A stretch of DNA of 63,785 nucleotides, filler included, from Octopus bimaculoides (GCF_001194135.2; 5 parts of 5 records of this genome joined end to end with filler, not necessarily neighbours in it); one strand, 5' to 3'. Counted from the first letter of the whole stretch, positions 1 through 12,568 are shown. Notes: generated by a model from the sequence alone, not told the origin. Made by a program: numbers and translations.

Positions 1-1040
1 AAAGTAATCTATTATTATATCCATAGGCGGATATTTTTAGTATGAAGTGGTAAAGAGTGTGATGCACTGAAAAAAGAGAGAACAGTACTTGAAGTGTAGT
101 CTCATTCCAGTAGTAAAAATCCGTGTAAAGTAATCCATATGGGGATAATCCGGAAATAGATGTTGGAACGAAGGCTGATATAGCATAGATAGCAGAGGTG
201 AATATATGCCATACTGCGATGGATTTTAGGTTGTTTACTTGAAGAATGGCCAAGTCAAGTGAAGGATGAGCGGTAATTAGGTCAAGTCATGAAGACAGAA
301 TGTGAAAGGGGATGGAGGAGAGATAGAGGTGAAGGATGGTAGCGGTATACTTTAATGGTCAGTTGATCATACAGGATAGAGGGGATGAGCATATAGAGAG
401 AAGGAGGGAAGGGGGAGATAAGGTTAAAAGGTCTAGTGGGTAGGAAGGAATGCGCGTATGTAGTATATAGGTGGTGGGGGTATGAGTAATAAACCAAGGA
501 TAGAGATAAAGGGAGAGATGGGTGGGAAAGGTAGTTAGTAGTATCATATTCAAGAGTGCAGCCAAACCTATTTATAGATGGTGGAAAGGGATTGAGAGAA
601 ACGACGTAGTCTGTATGCGTAGGTGGTGTTGTAGTGAATTAGAAAGTAGAAGAAATAGATTTGGGGGTATATATATGTGGTGATATGATCGAAAGAAAAT
701 AATCCTATTCAAAAGATAGCAAAAGATGGATGTTTTTGCCAGGTTGAATAGGTTGCCTGTTGGGGGTCGTGTAATTATGTTGCGTGACCGTTTGTGCAAT
801 TTTGCTTGTGATAGAACTTAAATGTATGGAAAGAGCGGGGATTGCAGTTGCTAAACGCTTCGTTATATCGATTAAGTAGAGTGGGAGAATTGTATTTTAA
901 AATATGGAACATATATATTAAGTATGGGGAGGAGGAGTAAAACAGTGGAGAAGAAGAAAAAGAAAAGAAAAGAAAGAGAAACGGAGAACTAGCGAGAGAA
1001 AGGGGAAAATAAATAGGGGCAGAGAGTGCTACATATGACA
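1..1040 (-). mobile_element. Possible highly decayed LINE fragment
   Basis: Strong strand bias (C/T-rich on minus). Minus-frame peptides loosely resemble an APE endonuclease motif (TRPPTGNLFNL vs PT..GN.LDL) and an RT motif (HHTLYHFILKISAYG vs H..LL.KL..YG). Motif spacing is not convincing. Confidence 0.3.
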
Positions 1041-1198
1041 CTCAAAAGTAACCAACAACGTTTGGATACTTCATATAGCTTGCGCAACGAACACATAAAA
1101 ACGGACACATAAAATTACATGTATATCTACATAAGTATAAATATACATACAAATATACTCATTTGCCCCAACTTTCCCTTCCAGTGCCTTTTACTGAA

Positions 1199-2168
1199 CA
1201 GGCGTGTTTTTCTGCTGCTCTTGTTTAATTGTAGGTTTTTTCCCTTTTGGGATTACCGTTCTAATTTTTGAACTGTTATACAACTTTTGCTATTTTCTGT
1301 GTCCTGAAGACACATTACTTGCTTTAGCTGGTTCGTTTTCTTTTGTGCGAATTCCCTTGCTTAGGGACGATTTGTATTCCTTTGTGGAAATTTTTTTACT
1401 CAATCAGTACAATATGGAAGTTAACGCCTCCCAATACGTAATTCCAGACTTCTTCTTTGAGGAATTGTGCGAACAAATGTTACCCTCCCTCCCATTTTGG
1501 CAAACGTACCAGAGAAGGATAAAACCGACCTCCGAATTGAAACTCAGAATGATAATGAGAAAATGAACTACGCATCCGTGGCCGGCGTCACTGGCGAAAC
1601 AGTGCAAGTCGGCCCGGGCGAGTTCGAAAAATATAAAAGCTTATCGCAGAGGGGAGGAACAAACATGAAACTGACTCCCCCTAGAAGAAGTGATGTACAA
1701 CACAAAACGCAAAACAATAACTTATAGAACGCTGTCCCAGGCAACAAAAAGAATAGAGATGGCATCGAAGGATGCCAACGAAAAGAGCCGACTACCAATT
1801 TGGCGTGACATAAAATGCGTAAGTAGAGGAAGGCGCTTCGGCTCAGTCGAGGTGAGATTTGCTTCCGAAGAGGAGAAAAAGGAACACTATACGTCTCCCT
1901 TAAAGTCGGCAGATCTAGTGTTACTGCCGACTTACCTCAGAAGACGAACACCGAAAATAAGGATAGGGAGGTCCCACTAGATATCGATGCAGTGTGGCTG
2001 GTGGCAGCTGTACCAGTGAGACATAAGTACCAGGGATTCTAAAAGAAGATCAGTGTCCATCACTCTATTGTTATCATTTCCACTCTTTTATTATCCATAC
2101 ACTATTTTTGACCCCCCCGCCACTATATTTTGTCTGTCCTGTATTGTCCCTTTGGTGAATAATGAATA
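1199..2168 (+). mobile_element. Internally deleted L1/Tx1-type element carrying only an ORF1 N-terminal remnant
   Basis: Peptides at 1564-1980 (ITYRTL...MASKDANEK...PIWRDIK...VEVRF...LVLLPTYLRRRTPKIRI) align by eye with the ORF1 remnant at 5660-5920 of the long LINE. T/C-rich 3' end with AATAA. Flanked by an exact 16-bp repeat AGTGCCTTTTACTGAA (1183-1198, 2169-2184). Confidence 0.75.
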
Positions 2169-2449
2169 AGTGCCTTTTACTGAAAACAAAAACAACTTAA
2201 AAACATGATAGTATCAGCAACAATTAGTCTATAATTCATTTTTTTTTAATTGCTATCAAACAGATGACTGGTATTCAGTGATTGTTTCACTCTCTATCCG
2301 GTTTCAAAACCAAGTGGGCAATCAAATAGGCTTAAATTTATCTTTGTATATTTTCAGGAATGTAGAAAAAAATTATGATTGCCTATTAATTTTTAATAGA
2401 TACACACTCTATAGAACCGTTTCTTCTTCAACCTCTTTGTGAAGATATA

Positions 2450-2530
2450 TTTTTTTCCTGATGAAGGGGCCATTGCTGTTTGGTGTCAATAGATTGTGAC
2501 AGTGGCTCCTGAAACGGCTATAGACTTGAA
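2450..2530 (+). ncRNA. Hammerhead-ribozyme-like motif (degenerate type I), probably from a Penelope-like terminal repeat
   Basis: CTGATGA (2458-2464), an 11-bp stem II (AGGGGCCATTG / CAGTGGCTCCT, 2 G-U), then GAAAC (2511-2515) and GGCT ATA. Stems I and III are imperfect. Confidence 0.55.
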
Positions 2531-4065
2531 TTACTAATTGCACTTTACAATGGACATTATTCTGGATTCATTTTACCTTTAATAGTTTAATCATCATAGA
2601 TTTTAAAACAATTTTAGTCGCCTTGCTATATACATATTTATGTATTTTCTTCATACGCTGTCATACGCCTCGTTCTTTAAAGGTTTTTCACACGTTTTTA
2701 TATGTATATTCTTATACCTTCGGATTCTGTGAGCTGAACGCCCTGGTATTTTAATATGTATTTACTTATGTTCAACGGCGTGAATATATGGGGATGATAT
2801 AAAGTTGTTTGCCCAATTCTGATGTTTATTTTTAACCACTGTGTTTATCTTTTGCCTCGGATTTTTTACTTCTATTTGCAGCCCTATATTTATTTTATTT
2901 TTCGATTCCTATAAGGAGAAACGAAATTTTAAAATTGTATGCATATATATATATAATATAAATAACAAAGATGTACAGTGTCAATTCATTACGGTCGTTT
3001 CTAAGGACTCTTAATTACATCATTGTAAAGAAACCATTTTCATCAGATGAATTCGACAGTTCAATTTATTCAACATAGTTAACAAATTCACGCAGTAAAA
3101 ATATTTACATTGATGCTGCTACCATTCAGTTGGCAGAATAGTGTATATTTGGTCAGAACAAAGAATTTCGGGATTATCAGAGTTTATAGTGTCGGGTGGA
3201 GTGGGATAGATAGGAAATAGAATATAAGATTGCCCCAGCCTTTTTTTTTTTTTCATTGTTGCACGATCTGCAATTATTATTGTACTCCTGCTAAATGGAC
3301 ATTATCACGTCCATCAGTTTCCGGAGGTATTGGTACAGGATAGTGTTTCTGTCACTGGATGACGAGAGAATATGTTAGCGGATTGATTACTAAGGTCTGG
3401 GGGTTGATATATGAATCCAGTGTACTTTATTTAGTGACTGACATCGTTTTACCACTACATATACTCAGTAGACTTTGTTCGTATTTATATTTCCAAAAGT
3501 AAATAATATCTGTGTGTGTGTGTGTGCGTGTGTATTTGCGCGTATGTACGTGTATGTAAATGTGTGCGTGTGCGTGTGTGTATACAAGATGTAAGGTTAT
3601 ATAATTTTCAGTAAATTACTCTCTCCTCATATTAATTAAAATGTTCTTGTTTCATTCAGATCCATCATGGGGATAAAATACTAATACAAGAAATGAAAGA
3701 TATGCTCTCATTGTTGCCAGATGTGTGGATCACTACGATTTAGAAGTTACTAACTTTGTAGATATTGCAAAATCTTCTGTCCGTATTAAAATCAATGAGG
3801 ATATTAAATATGCAGATGATGAATGCATAGCGGTAATCCAAATAGATGAGTAAGTTGGTATAGAATGATTTTAAAAGGAATCTTGAGCAAGTGCAAAATC
3901 TATTTATCAACTTTAAATTTTTTTTCCAGAAATAATTAGTTTACATAATTTTAACCTAGTTACCCTTTATATATTTAGATTCATCTTAAAACACTATTTT
4001 CTATAGCTTCATAATTTATTTAAACATATAATTTTAGCTCCTATGATATCATCCACCTGAACAGT

Positions 4066-5102
4066 GTCAGAATGGGGTTTTATTCTTGCGTAGTGTACCA
4101 AATGTTAGTGATGTTTTACTGACAAGTATTATTGTTAATTATTTCACTGTTTAACGCCTGTTTTTACTGCCTCACAGCAGTTTTGTTGACGCGTTCCTCC
4201 TTGGTTGAAGGGAGCAACACATTAGCTTAACAAGATGATGGCATACTAAACGGTGAGTTCGTCCGAAGACGAGTTACTCTAAGCGCCTAATGAAATGGAT
4301 AAAGAAAAGGAAAGAAGAAGGAATTTTGCAGCGATGGCCAAAAACCACAAGAAAGTCAATATGGATGAGACTGAAAACTACAAGTATATGCTTCACAGGG
4401 AGCGGAATGATGTAAAGGTGTCCACTCCCTAAGAAGTATTACAGGAGGCTAAGAGAAGAATGATCAACTACAGATCTTATTCGGTGAAGACACTGAATAG
4501 TGATAACGACAAAAAAAGTAGAAGCAGTAAATGAGGACTCCCATCCCACACCCACCCAACTCCCACCGAACCCACTTCGTCCCTCCCTTCCCTTGCAGAC
4601 ACTAAACCACGCCCTACCCCACATAATATTAACAAAATGATTACAACCATACAGGAGCCCCAAATTCTTCCGTTCCCGGCTTATGAAGAAAAGAAAAAGC
4701 ATAGTACTCTACAGTCAACACAATGGCCAACTGCGAAAAAGGGTGTATATATTAGTGATCACTACAGGTTATAGGTGACCCCAGGCTGTGAGTGTGTAAT
4801 TGTAGACACTATTCACACGGTGGGACTGAAGCAGTATGGAAGAGACCTGATGTACTGGCAGAGAGGAATGGACAAATATCTCATAAACGATTTTAAAATA
4901 GACATTTTTTAAGGTTTCAAAAAGCATAAAAAGATAAATGGAGTCGCCCGGATGTGGGGACGAGAGACTCAATTGCATTATTCATTTTAATTATTTCATT
5001 CACCCTCCCATTCGTTTTTTTTTTTTTTGTGGGGGGGTCCTCAGATTTGTGCTGTCCTGTTTGTCTTTGTTTGTCCCCTTTGTCTTGTGTGTAATAAAGA
5101 AT
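4066..5102 (+). mobile_element. Second ~1-kb L1/Tx1-type ORF1-bearing derivative
   Basis: MDKEKERRRNFAAMAK...ENYKYMLHR...VSTP resembles the ORF1 start of the 1199-2168 element. Proline-rich stretch; 3' end TTTGTCCCCTTTGTCTTGTGTGTAATAAAG. Flanked by a 22-bp repeat TGATATCATCC(A/G)CCTGAACAGT (4044-4065, 5103-5124). Confidence 0.7.
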
Positions 5103-5135
5103 TGATATCATCCGCCTGAACAGTACGTTCCGACG

Positions 5136-8100
5136 ACCTTAGTAGTTGTTCACTATGAACATTCATTTTGGAGTTCGGTTGTAATTTTTGCTATTTGATG
5201 AGTGTATTATTGAACCAGTTATTGAACTTGGTACATTTTGTGTTGTTGAAGAAACGGTTGTAACTGCTTGTGACAGTTCTTTTGTTATAATTCCCCGTTG
5301 TTTGAAGGAGGAATCATTGCTTTTTTATTGGACGTTGGCCTAAACTTACGCGGCGTTTAGCCGTAATTTTGTGGGGAATTTTGCCCATTAATTTAATTTT
5401 TGTAGGGTGTCAGCCCAAATCCTTTGAAAAATGTGCGACTCAGTTGAGTCTGGAAATAGGGAAGCAGTGGATATACCAGCCTTAGTAACGTCTCCGGTGA
5501 CACCGGTATAGTCTCCAACGACACCAAAATTTAATTTTGCTGCAGGAGCAGGAATAACCAAAAGAAATCTTAATACCAATTTAAGTGAAATAATCAAGTT
5601 TAAAGGGATGCTAAAAAGGAGGGGTTATAAGTTCAAATAGCCCCTCCAAACGAATAGAATAACGGTCATCTACAAAACGTTTATCGTAAAAAATAAGAAA
5701 CCTGACATGGCGTCGAGAGAGGCGGTGGAAAAATGCCTTAGACCAATTTGGTCTGACATAAATTATAAATACTCAGGCAAGGAAGTTTGCTGCTATAGAG
5801 GTAAGGTTCTACAGTGAAGAGAAAGCCAAGTAGCATTCGACTAATACTTTAAAGACGGAAGAAGTGGTTCTTCTCCCCCACGTACTTGGGGAGAAGAACG
5901 TCGAAAATAAGAATTCACGAAATCTCACCGGAAGTAGATACTGCCTAGCTGGTGGCAACAAAAGTCGTCGGTTTGGAGGATAAAATTACGATCCTACAAG
6001 CAACAACAACCGATAATCAAAATTGGCAGGGGCAAGGGCTTGAAATGGCAATTCAAGCAGCCCCTTCCAATTTAGAAGAAATACCTGAAATCATTCAGGT
6101 GTGGGACACTAGGTTAATTGTAATGATAGAGAGGAGGAAGCCTCATCGCTTCAATTGTGACAAAAAGTGTGGCAACATAAGGGCAAAGTGTGGTCCTCCC
6201 CCAGAAAAAGTGGTAGTACCCCCACCTCCAGAAGAGGAAGAAGAATAATCAAGTAGAACACCAACTACAACAGATACAGAAACCCCGTGAAGGAAATGGA
6301 AGATAAAACCATCGACAAAGAGAAGGGCGAGGGTGGAGCATGATATGATAGTGGGAAAAGAAGGAACCCACAACCCACCCCTTCAACTTCCTCAACACAT
6401 ACTCATAAAAGAAAGAAACCAACAATAGCTGACACAAAGAAAAATGGCTGCCACTTGGAGGCGTTAAAAAAAATAGTACAAGACTGTTAAGCAGGTTGGC
6501 TGTTGTTCCAACGGCAAAACCTGTTGAATACAATAAAACCCCCATAGGGGAAAAATATTTACAGAATTCACCATGATATAGGCCCTCTACAGAAAGACAT
6601 TCCACCCCACCCACCAAATTTTTGAGGGCCTATCTATCATCATCCTGCAAGCCAGCGTAGTTGAATAAAGAGATGGACATGACAGCCTATCTCTCACCAC
6701 AAAATCTGTATGTCTCTTATGAGTATTCATGCTGGTTGTTTAAATGTGCGTGGTCTGATGTCGAGCTGGAAACAAGGACGTTTTCTTAACGACATCAGGT
6801 CACGTGGATTGGATGTTATTGTTGCTACTGAAACCAGATTGAATGGACCAAAAGACTTGCTCCTGCTCCTAAATGGTTATGAGAAATTTATTTCTTCATG
6901 CCATACTGTGGATGGAAGAAGTGTCTTGGTTCTAATTTAGAAAAACCTGGTTTCAGAGAAAAGATTAATTGTTATTGATCCAGAGGGTAGGCTGGTGCTA
7001 CTCGACTTGACGTTCAGCAACGGTAAGACAATAAGGCTTGTAGCAATTTATGGACCAGTTAACGATGGTAAAAGTGAGTATTTTCAAGGCCTGGAGAAAT
7101 TTCTGAGTACTTCACACTCATTAGTTCTGAAAGGAGACTATAACACAAACCGCGATGCACACGTAGATTATGTTGGCTCAAACCAAGATAGGAAAGTTAA
7201 CTCTTGCCTCTTGGATCTGATATGTCGCTATCAGCTAGCAGATCCTTACAGACTGGAATTCCCGAACGCTCCATTGTGGACATGGTCAAATAGCGACGTG
7301 TCTTCCAGAGCTTACCGAGATAAGATCGTTAGAATTAAAGATAGACATATAGCTAAGTGTCCACAGTTGTATCTTGTCAGCTACAGTGATCACAAGCTTG
7401 TAACTTGTAAGCTCGACATATATAGGTTACATAGGCAAGACTCTGGGTACTGGAAACTCAGTAGTCCCTTTTGGAGGATGAGGATTACAGGAGCCGGATT
7501 AAATTGTTAGTATAGAGGACATTAACCGGTACCATTATGAATAATAAATGGTGGTATTCCTCGAACGAGCCATAAAATTAGATATAGTATAGGACTAGTA
7601 GCTAAGGAGACTAGGAAAGAGAGAGCTCTAGTTAAGGTACTAGAAGAGGCAATGAGAACTGGCTCTGCATCCCTGGTGTTGGCGAAAAGACTGGAATTAA
7701 ACCAGCACATCCAAGCCAAACACATGGGATGCATGATCAGAGCTAGACTCCGTGCAATGGAATGTGATGGAATCAGAGCCACTGGATGGGCCCGAGTAAT
7801 AGAAGCTCAACGTAGCAATAATGCCACAATAAGATCTGTGACGAACCAACAGGGTAATTTGGTAAACTAACCCGAGGAGATGTGTGAGATCTTTCAAGAG
7901 CACTTCGCTCAGCTTTTCGGGAGGAGCGGTGGACTGGAGAGCAGGAGGGACGTAACGGACTTCCTCGGCGGACTGCGGCGTCTCTCGGGGCGAGAAGCGG
8001 AGGGCTGTGAAGGGCTGATCACAGCTACGGAGGAGGAAGAGGCTATGGTGGACTGCGGCGGAGACAAATCGCAGAGACTAGATGGTTTACCCTATAAATT

Positions 8101-10267
8101 ATATAATAGTATGCCAGACCTGTTCGGGAACCTGCTAGCAGAATGGTTTCATTACCAAATCTGTATGCCGGGGAGTGGTGACGGTGGTTAGAAAAGATCC
8201 GAACAAGGAGGATTCGGTCGATAACTCTAGGCCCATCACTCTGTTGAATAGAGTTGAAGATTTTGGTCAAGGCTTTAGCGAAAAGGTTGGCGCGTGTCAC
8301 GGATGGACCCGTTGGGGAGGCATAAACCTGTGTCATTCCCGGTAGATCCATTCAGGACAATCTCCACCTTATACGCTGTACCTTAGAAGCAAGCCTGGCA
8401 CGGGTGAGGCACTGGTCCATTTAAACCAAGCTAAGGTTTTCGATAGGGTTGACCATCGGTACCTGGTGTCGGTCCTTGCGGCGTTCGGCTTGGGTCCGAA
8501 ATTCTGTAGTTGGATCATCGCCATGTCAAGTAACATCCACTCGATAGTTCGGGTGAACGGTTTCCTTTCGAAGCTGTTCTGCATCAGATGCTCGGTTAGT
8601 CAAGGGTGTCTTCTCTCCCAACTTTTGCATGTGCTGGCTCTTGAGCCATTACTGCGAATGCTAGAGGTGCTGAGGGGCATTCCGAGACAGCCAGGATGTG
8701 GCAGATGTATTACAGCGTATGCGGACGATATCACCATCATCGTATCCAAAGTAGAACACCTACGGAGGGTAGGCGATGCCATTAAGGAATCCGTGACGGT
8801 GGCAGGAGCGAAGGTTAATCGTGAAAAGTCAATCGGCTCGCAACTCGGCACCTGGATACCTACTAAAAGCGTCGTGGGACGTTGGACGGAGGGTCCGATT
8901 AAACCGCTAGGGGGTCTGGTTTGGACCAGATCACCAGATAGAGAAGAACTGGAGCGAGGTATTAAGCAAGGTAACCTGCCTAACCCAGACCTGGTCTGGG
9001 CGGTGGCTATTCCTGGAAAGGAGAGCGGAGGTTGTCAATATGTTTATCACATCGGTGATTACTTACTGCCTAACCGTCGTGCCTTGTCCCGTTTCGTGGC
9101 TGATCAAGTTGGAACTACTGCTCTTTCGCTTTTTGTGGTAGGGCACAGGACCACTTGTAAGGTGCTCTATCTGCTGCCAACAACTGTTAAAGGGTGGGAT
9201 AGGGATGCCGTGGTTGATGATGCGAAGACATACGCTGAGGCTGAGGCATCTGTGGCTCTACATGGATTGTGAACGGGTGTGGACTCCGCTTGCAAAATCG
9301 ACGTTTCCCAAGTTCACACGTTTTTGTGGACTGGAATCTTGGGTTTATCGTAGATTTAAGTTGGACACGTGGTACACTGAGTGCCGAAAGGCTCTCGTAC
9401 TTTTCTATCGTTCGAGCAATGCAGGTGGTGGTGGTTCAACTGCGTCATTATATAGAGGAATAGTAGAATCGAAGTATGATGATACCTTAAAGGAGATCAT
9501 AGGCCTCGACGATGATCATCTCACCAGCTTGTTCCGAAGAACATTCGGGCAGGGATCCCTGGATAATTTCCAGATGTCCCTGAACTGGCAGTGTTACCGA
9601 GGAATCTTACTTGTTCGGGATAAGCTCACAAGGCACTGAGGCCCCGGCTCACCGATTTTACCAAGATGCATGCAGGATAAGGAAACCGTGTAATGTTCGG
9701 GTGTGTCGGATCTGTGGATTTATGTCGAACAACTGTTGTCAAGTATTGGAAGATTACAGCTGTCCGCTGAGTCAATTGTAAAAATTGATCCACCTGCCTC
9801 CTTGAATAAAGAAGGTAAGATTTGTTTTCTCCTAGTAATGGCGGTTGCGAAAGAGGTTATATGGAAGACCAGAATGAAAGAATTTGTGACCGGCAACTTC
9901 ATCTCTGGCCCTGTACTGGTGACATTTTTCATTTTGCATCCGAAAAGGAAAATAGGGCTGGAGAGGAGATGCCTGTCAGCTGTTGTTTCTGGAAAAGATG
10001 AAAGAGTGTGGTACGGATATTGCGAATGAATGTACCCACATGAATATCCCATCAAAGATTTATCTAAGGTATCAGTGGTAGAACGGAGCTTGTGGGGTCG
10101 AAGCAGAATTCGTCCCCCCACTTCATTGTTTTGTGTCTTTGTTTAATCATTCGAATTACTTTGTCATAACTTTAGAAAAACAAATGATTTCATCTCTTTG
10201 TAAATCATCTGACCCCGTTAGATTGTACTGTCCCTTCTTTTTGACCACTAGAGGGTAATAAAACAAT
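5136..10267 (+). mobile_element. Near-full-length decayed L1/Tx1-clade non-LTR retrotransposon (ORF1 + APE/RT ORF2)
   Basis: ORF1 remnant with a degenerate zinc knuckle (FNCDKKCGNIRAKC). ORF2 from ~6719 with APE motifs (CLNVRGL, ATETRL, AIYGP, GDYN, WTWSN, SDH) and RT motifs (DGLPYKLY, RPITLLN, SQGCLLS, YADDITI, KVNREKS). Many stops and frameshifts. 3' end ...GTAATAAAACAAT. Confidence 0.92.
6719..10054 (+). pseudogene. Disrupted ORF2 (APE endonuclease, reverse transcriptase, C-terminal Cys region) of the Tx1-like LINE
   Basis: ORF-track fragments 6710-6940, 6995-7510, 7652-7870, 7880-8191, 8466-9272, 9205-9639 and 9703-10029 are colinear pieces of one ORF2. Confidence 0.9.
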
Positions 10268-10340
10268 CTGAACAGTATGTTCCGATGGAAACTGAAAGAT
10301 GCCTGTCGTATATATAGACTTTCAATCCATTCACACACAC

Positions 10341-10569
10341 ATTCTTTTTCATTCTTTTAATTGTTTCAGTCATATGACTGCGGCCATGCTAGAGCACCGC
10401 CTTTAGTCGAACCACTAAACCCCGGGACTTATTCTTTGCAAGCTTATTACTTATTCTATTGTTTTCTATTGCCAAACCGGTAAGTTTCGGGAACGTAAAC
10501 ACACCAACATTAATTGTCGAGCGATGGTGTAGGGACAGACACAGACACACAAATATATATATATATATA
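10341..10569 (-). mobile_element. Octopus tRNA-derived SINE (OK/OR type), 3' part
   Basis: Reverse complement of the ...GGCGGTGCTCCAGCATGGCCGCAGTC..ATGACTGAAACAA tail shared with 34561-34993 and 63440-63785. Confidence 0.8.
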
Positions 10570-10812
10570 NNNNNNNNNNNNNNNNNNNNNNNNNNNNNNN
10601 NNNNNNNNNNNNNNNNNNNNNNNNNNNNNNNNNNNNNNNNNNNNNNNNNNNNNNNNNNNNNNNNNNNNNNNNNNNNNNNNNNNNNNNNNNNNNNNNNNNN
10701 NNNNNNNNNNNNNNNNNNNNNNNNNNNNNNNNNNNNNNNNNNNNNNNNNNNNNNNNNNNNNNNNNNNNNNNNNNNNNNNNNNNNNNNNNNNNNNNNNNNN
10801 NNNNNNNNNNNN

Positions 10813-10965
10813 GTCTCCACACCACCGCTAATAACCAGTGTTGGTGTGTTTGCGTCCCCGTAAACTACCGGTTCGGCAAAAGTGATCCATAGAATAAGTA
10901 TCAGGCTTAAAAAAAGAAGTACTGCGGTTCGGCTACAAAGATTCAAGGCGGTGCCGAAGTCTAAT
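10813..10965 (+). mobile_element. Same SINE family, 3' part, opposite orientation
   Basis: GTGTTTGCGTCCCCGTAAACTACCGGTTCGGCAAAAG...TAGAATAAGTA...GGCGGTGC matches the family body. Confidence 0.7.
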
Positions 10966-10992
10966 GACTGAATTATAGAAGTTGTGCAGTCA

Positions 10993-11060
10993 CGACTCTC
11001 TATCTCACTGACTCTCTATCTCACTGACTCTCTATCTCACTGACTCTCTATCTCACTGAC
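10993..11060 (+). repeat. 16-bp minisatellite GACTCTCTATCTCACT, about 4 copies
   Basis: Directly visible. Confidence 0.9.
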
Positions 11061-11715
11061 TCTCTCTCTGTTTGTCTCTCTATCTATCTCATTATTTCCT
11101 CTTGCACATGGATTAATAAAATACGTTCCTCCACCCGTACGTCAGACTATCGTGTCTCGCGACCTTGAAGTACATTATAAACTCTGCTGTAACGCTAATG
11201 AAATATTGTTTACCATCCCAGCAGTATTTTCCTGGAGAATTTACAATACAACTTTCTAAACAATATCAAATAATTTCTATACAATTTACGTTTTTGGAAA
11301 TCTGATCGTAATTAGTTCACTAAAATTTATTTTATTTTACATTTTTACAATATAGGTGAGACATATTTCCGGAGTTAGTACTATGACATTTGACTAGATT
11401 GATTGACAGTGAAAGGGAGAATAAGAATAGTTCTGCTTGCATCCATATGTAGGCATCTGAGAAATAGAGAGTACGAACTCATACGGCGACGTGTGTTTAC
11501 AGTGTATGTATACATACAGATCCAACATTGCAATGCGCAGACTGCAATGCGCAAACTGGGTAGCGTACGAGTGTCACTGGGCATACTCTTGTCAGTGTGT
11601 GTGAATGGATTGAAAGTCTATACATGAGCATGTATGTAGATATGTGTATACAAAAATGTATGCAACGGTATGCCTACGAACATGTATTGTCTTTTAATGT
11701 GTGTGTATGATCGTT

Positions 11716-11769
<54 letters not shown>

Positions 11770-12529
11770 AACACAAATTATATAATTTCATAAATATAAT
11801 TATAAAATTATAATAAGGGCAACTACCAAGTAATGCCATATGCTAGAATAAGACCAAATTTATTCACTGCTGAATTATGTTGATTGAGATGAACAAGGCT
11901 GAGATGCACGAACTAGATTTTTAATTTGTATATAATTGTGAACATTTGTATATGCACTGTGAATACGTTGTGTTCGTATGGTATATATAAATGTTTATAA
12001 TTATGTAGTTTGGTTATGTAATACTGATAATGGTAGAATGGGGCCATGCTAAACTTTTTCAAAAAAATCTTTGTTGTTCATTCCCTCGCTTTCAGCGCGT
12101 ATCTATGTGATAGATAAAGTAGTTTAGAGCCATTTAGCATCTTCTGGCATGTGGCATTACTTCGTAGTTGCCCTTATTATAATTTAATACCTTGTATTAA
12201 TTTTTAACTGAATTGGTTTTTACATGCTAGTTACTTGATAAAATCCTATGTAGATGTTATCCTTGATTTTAATTTATATNNNNNNNNNNNNNNNNNNNNN
12301 NNNNNNNNNNNNNNNNNNNNNNNNNNNNNNNNNNNNNNNNNNNNNNNNNNNNNNNNNNNNNNNNNNNNNNNNNNNNNNNNNNNNNNNNNNNNNNNNNNNN
12401 NNNNNNNNNNNNNNNNNNNNNNNNNNNNNNNNNNNNNNNNNNNNNNNNNNNNNNNNNNNNNNNNNNNNNNNNNNNNNNNNNNNNNNNNNNNNNNNNNNNN
12501 NNNNNNNNNNNNNNNNNNNNNNNNNNNNN

Positions 12530-12562
<33 letters not shown>

Positions 12563-12568
<6 letters not shown>

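Noticed and set aside
2258-2560. Exon-like blocks on the plus strand
   Set aside because: Multiple stops and frameshifts, no recognisable family, and part is better explained by the hammerhead-like repeat.
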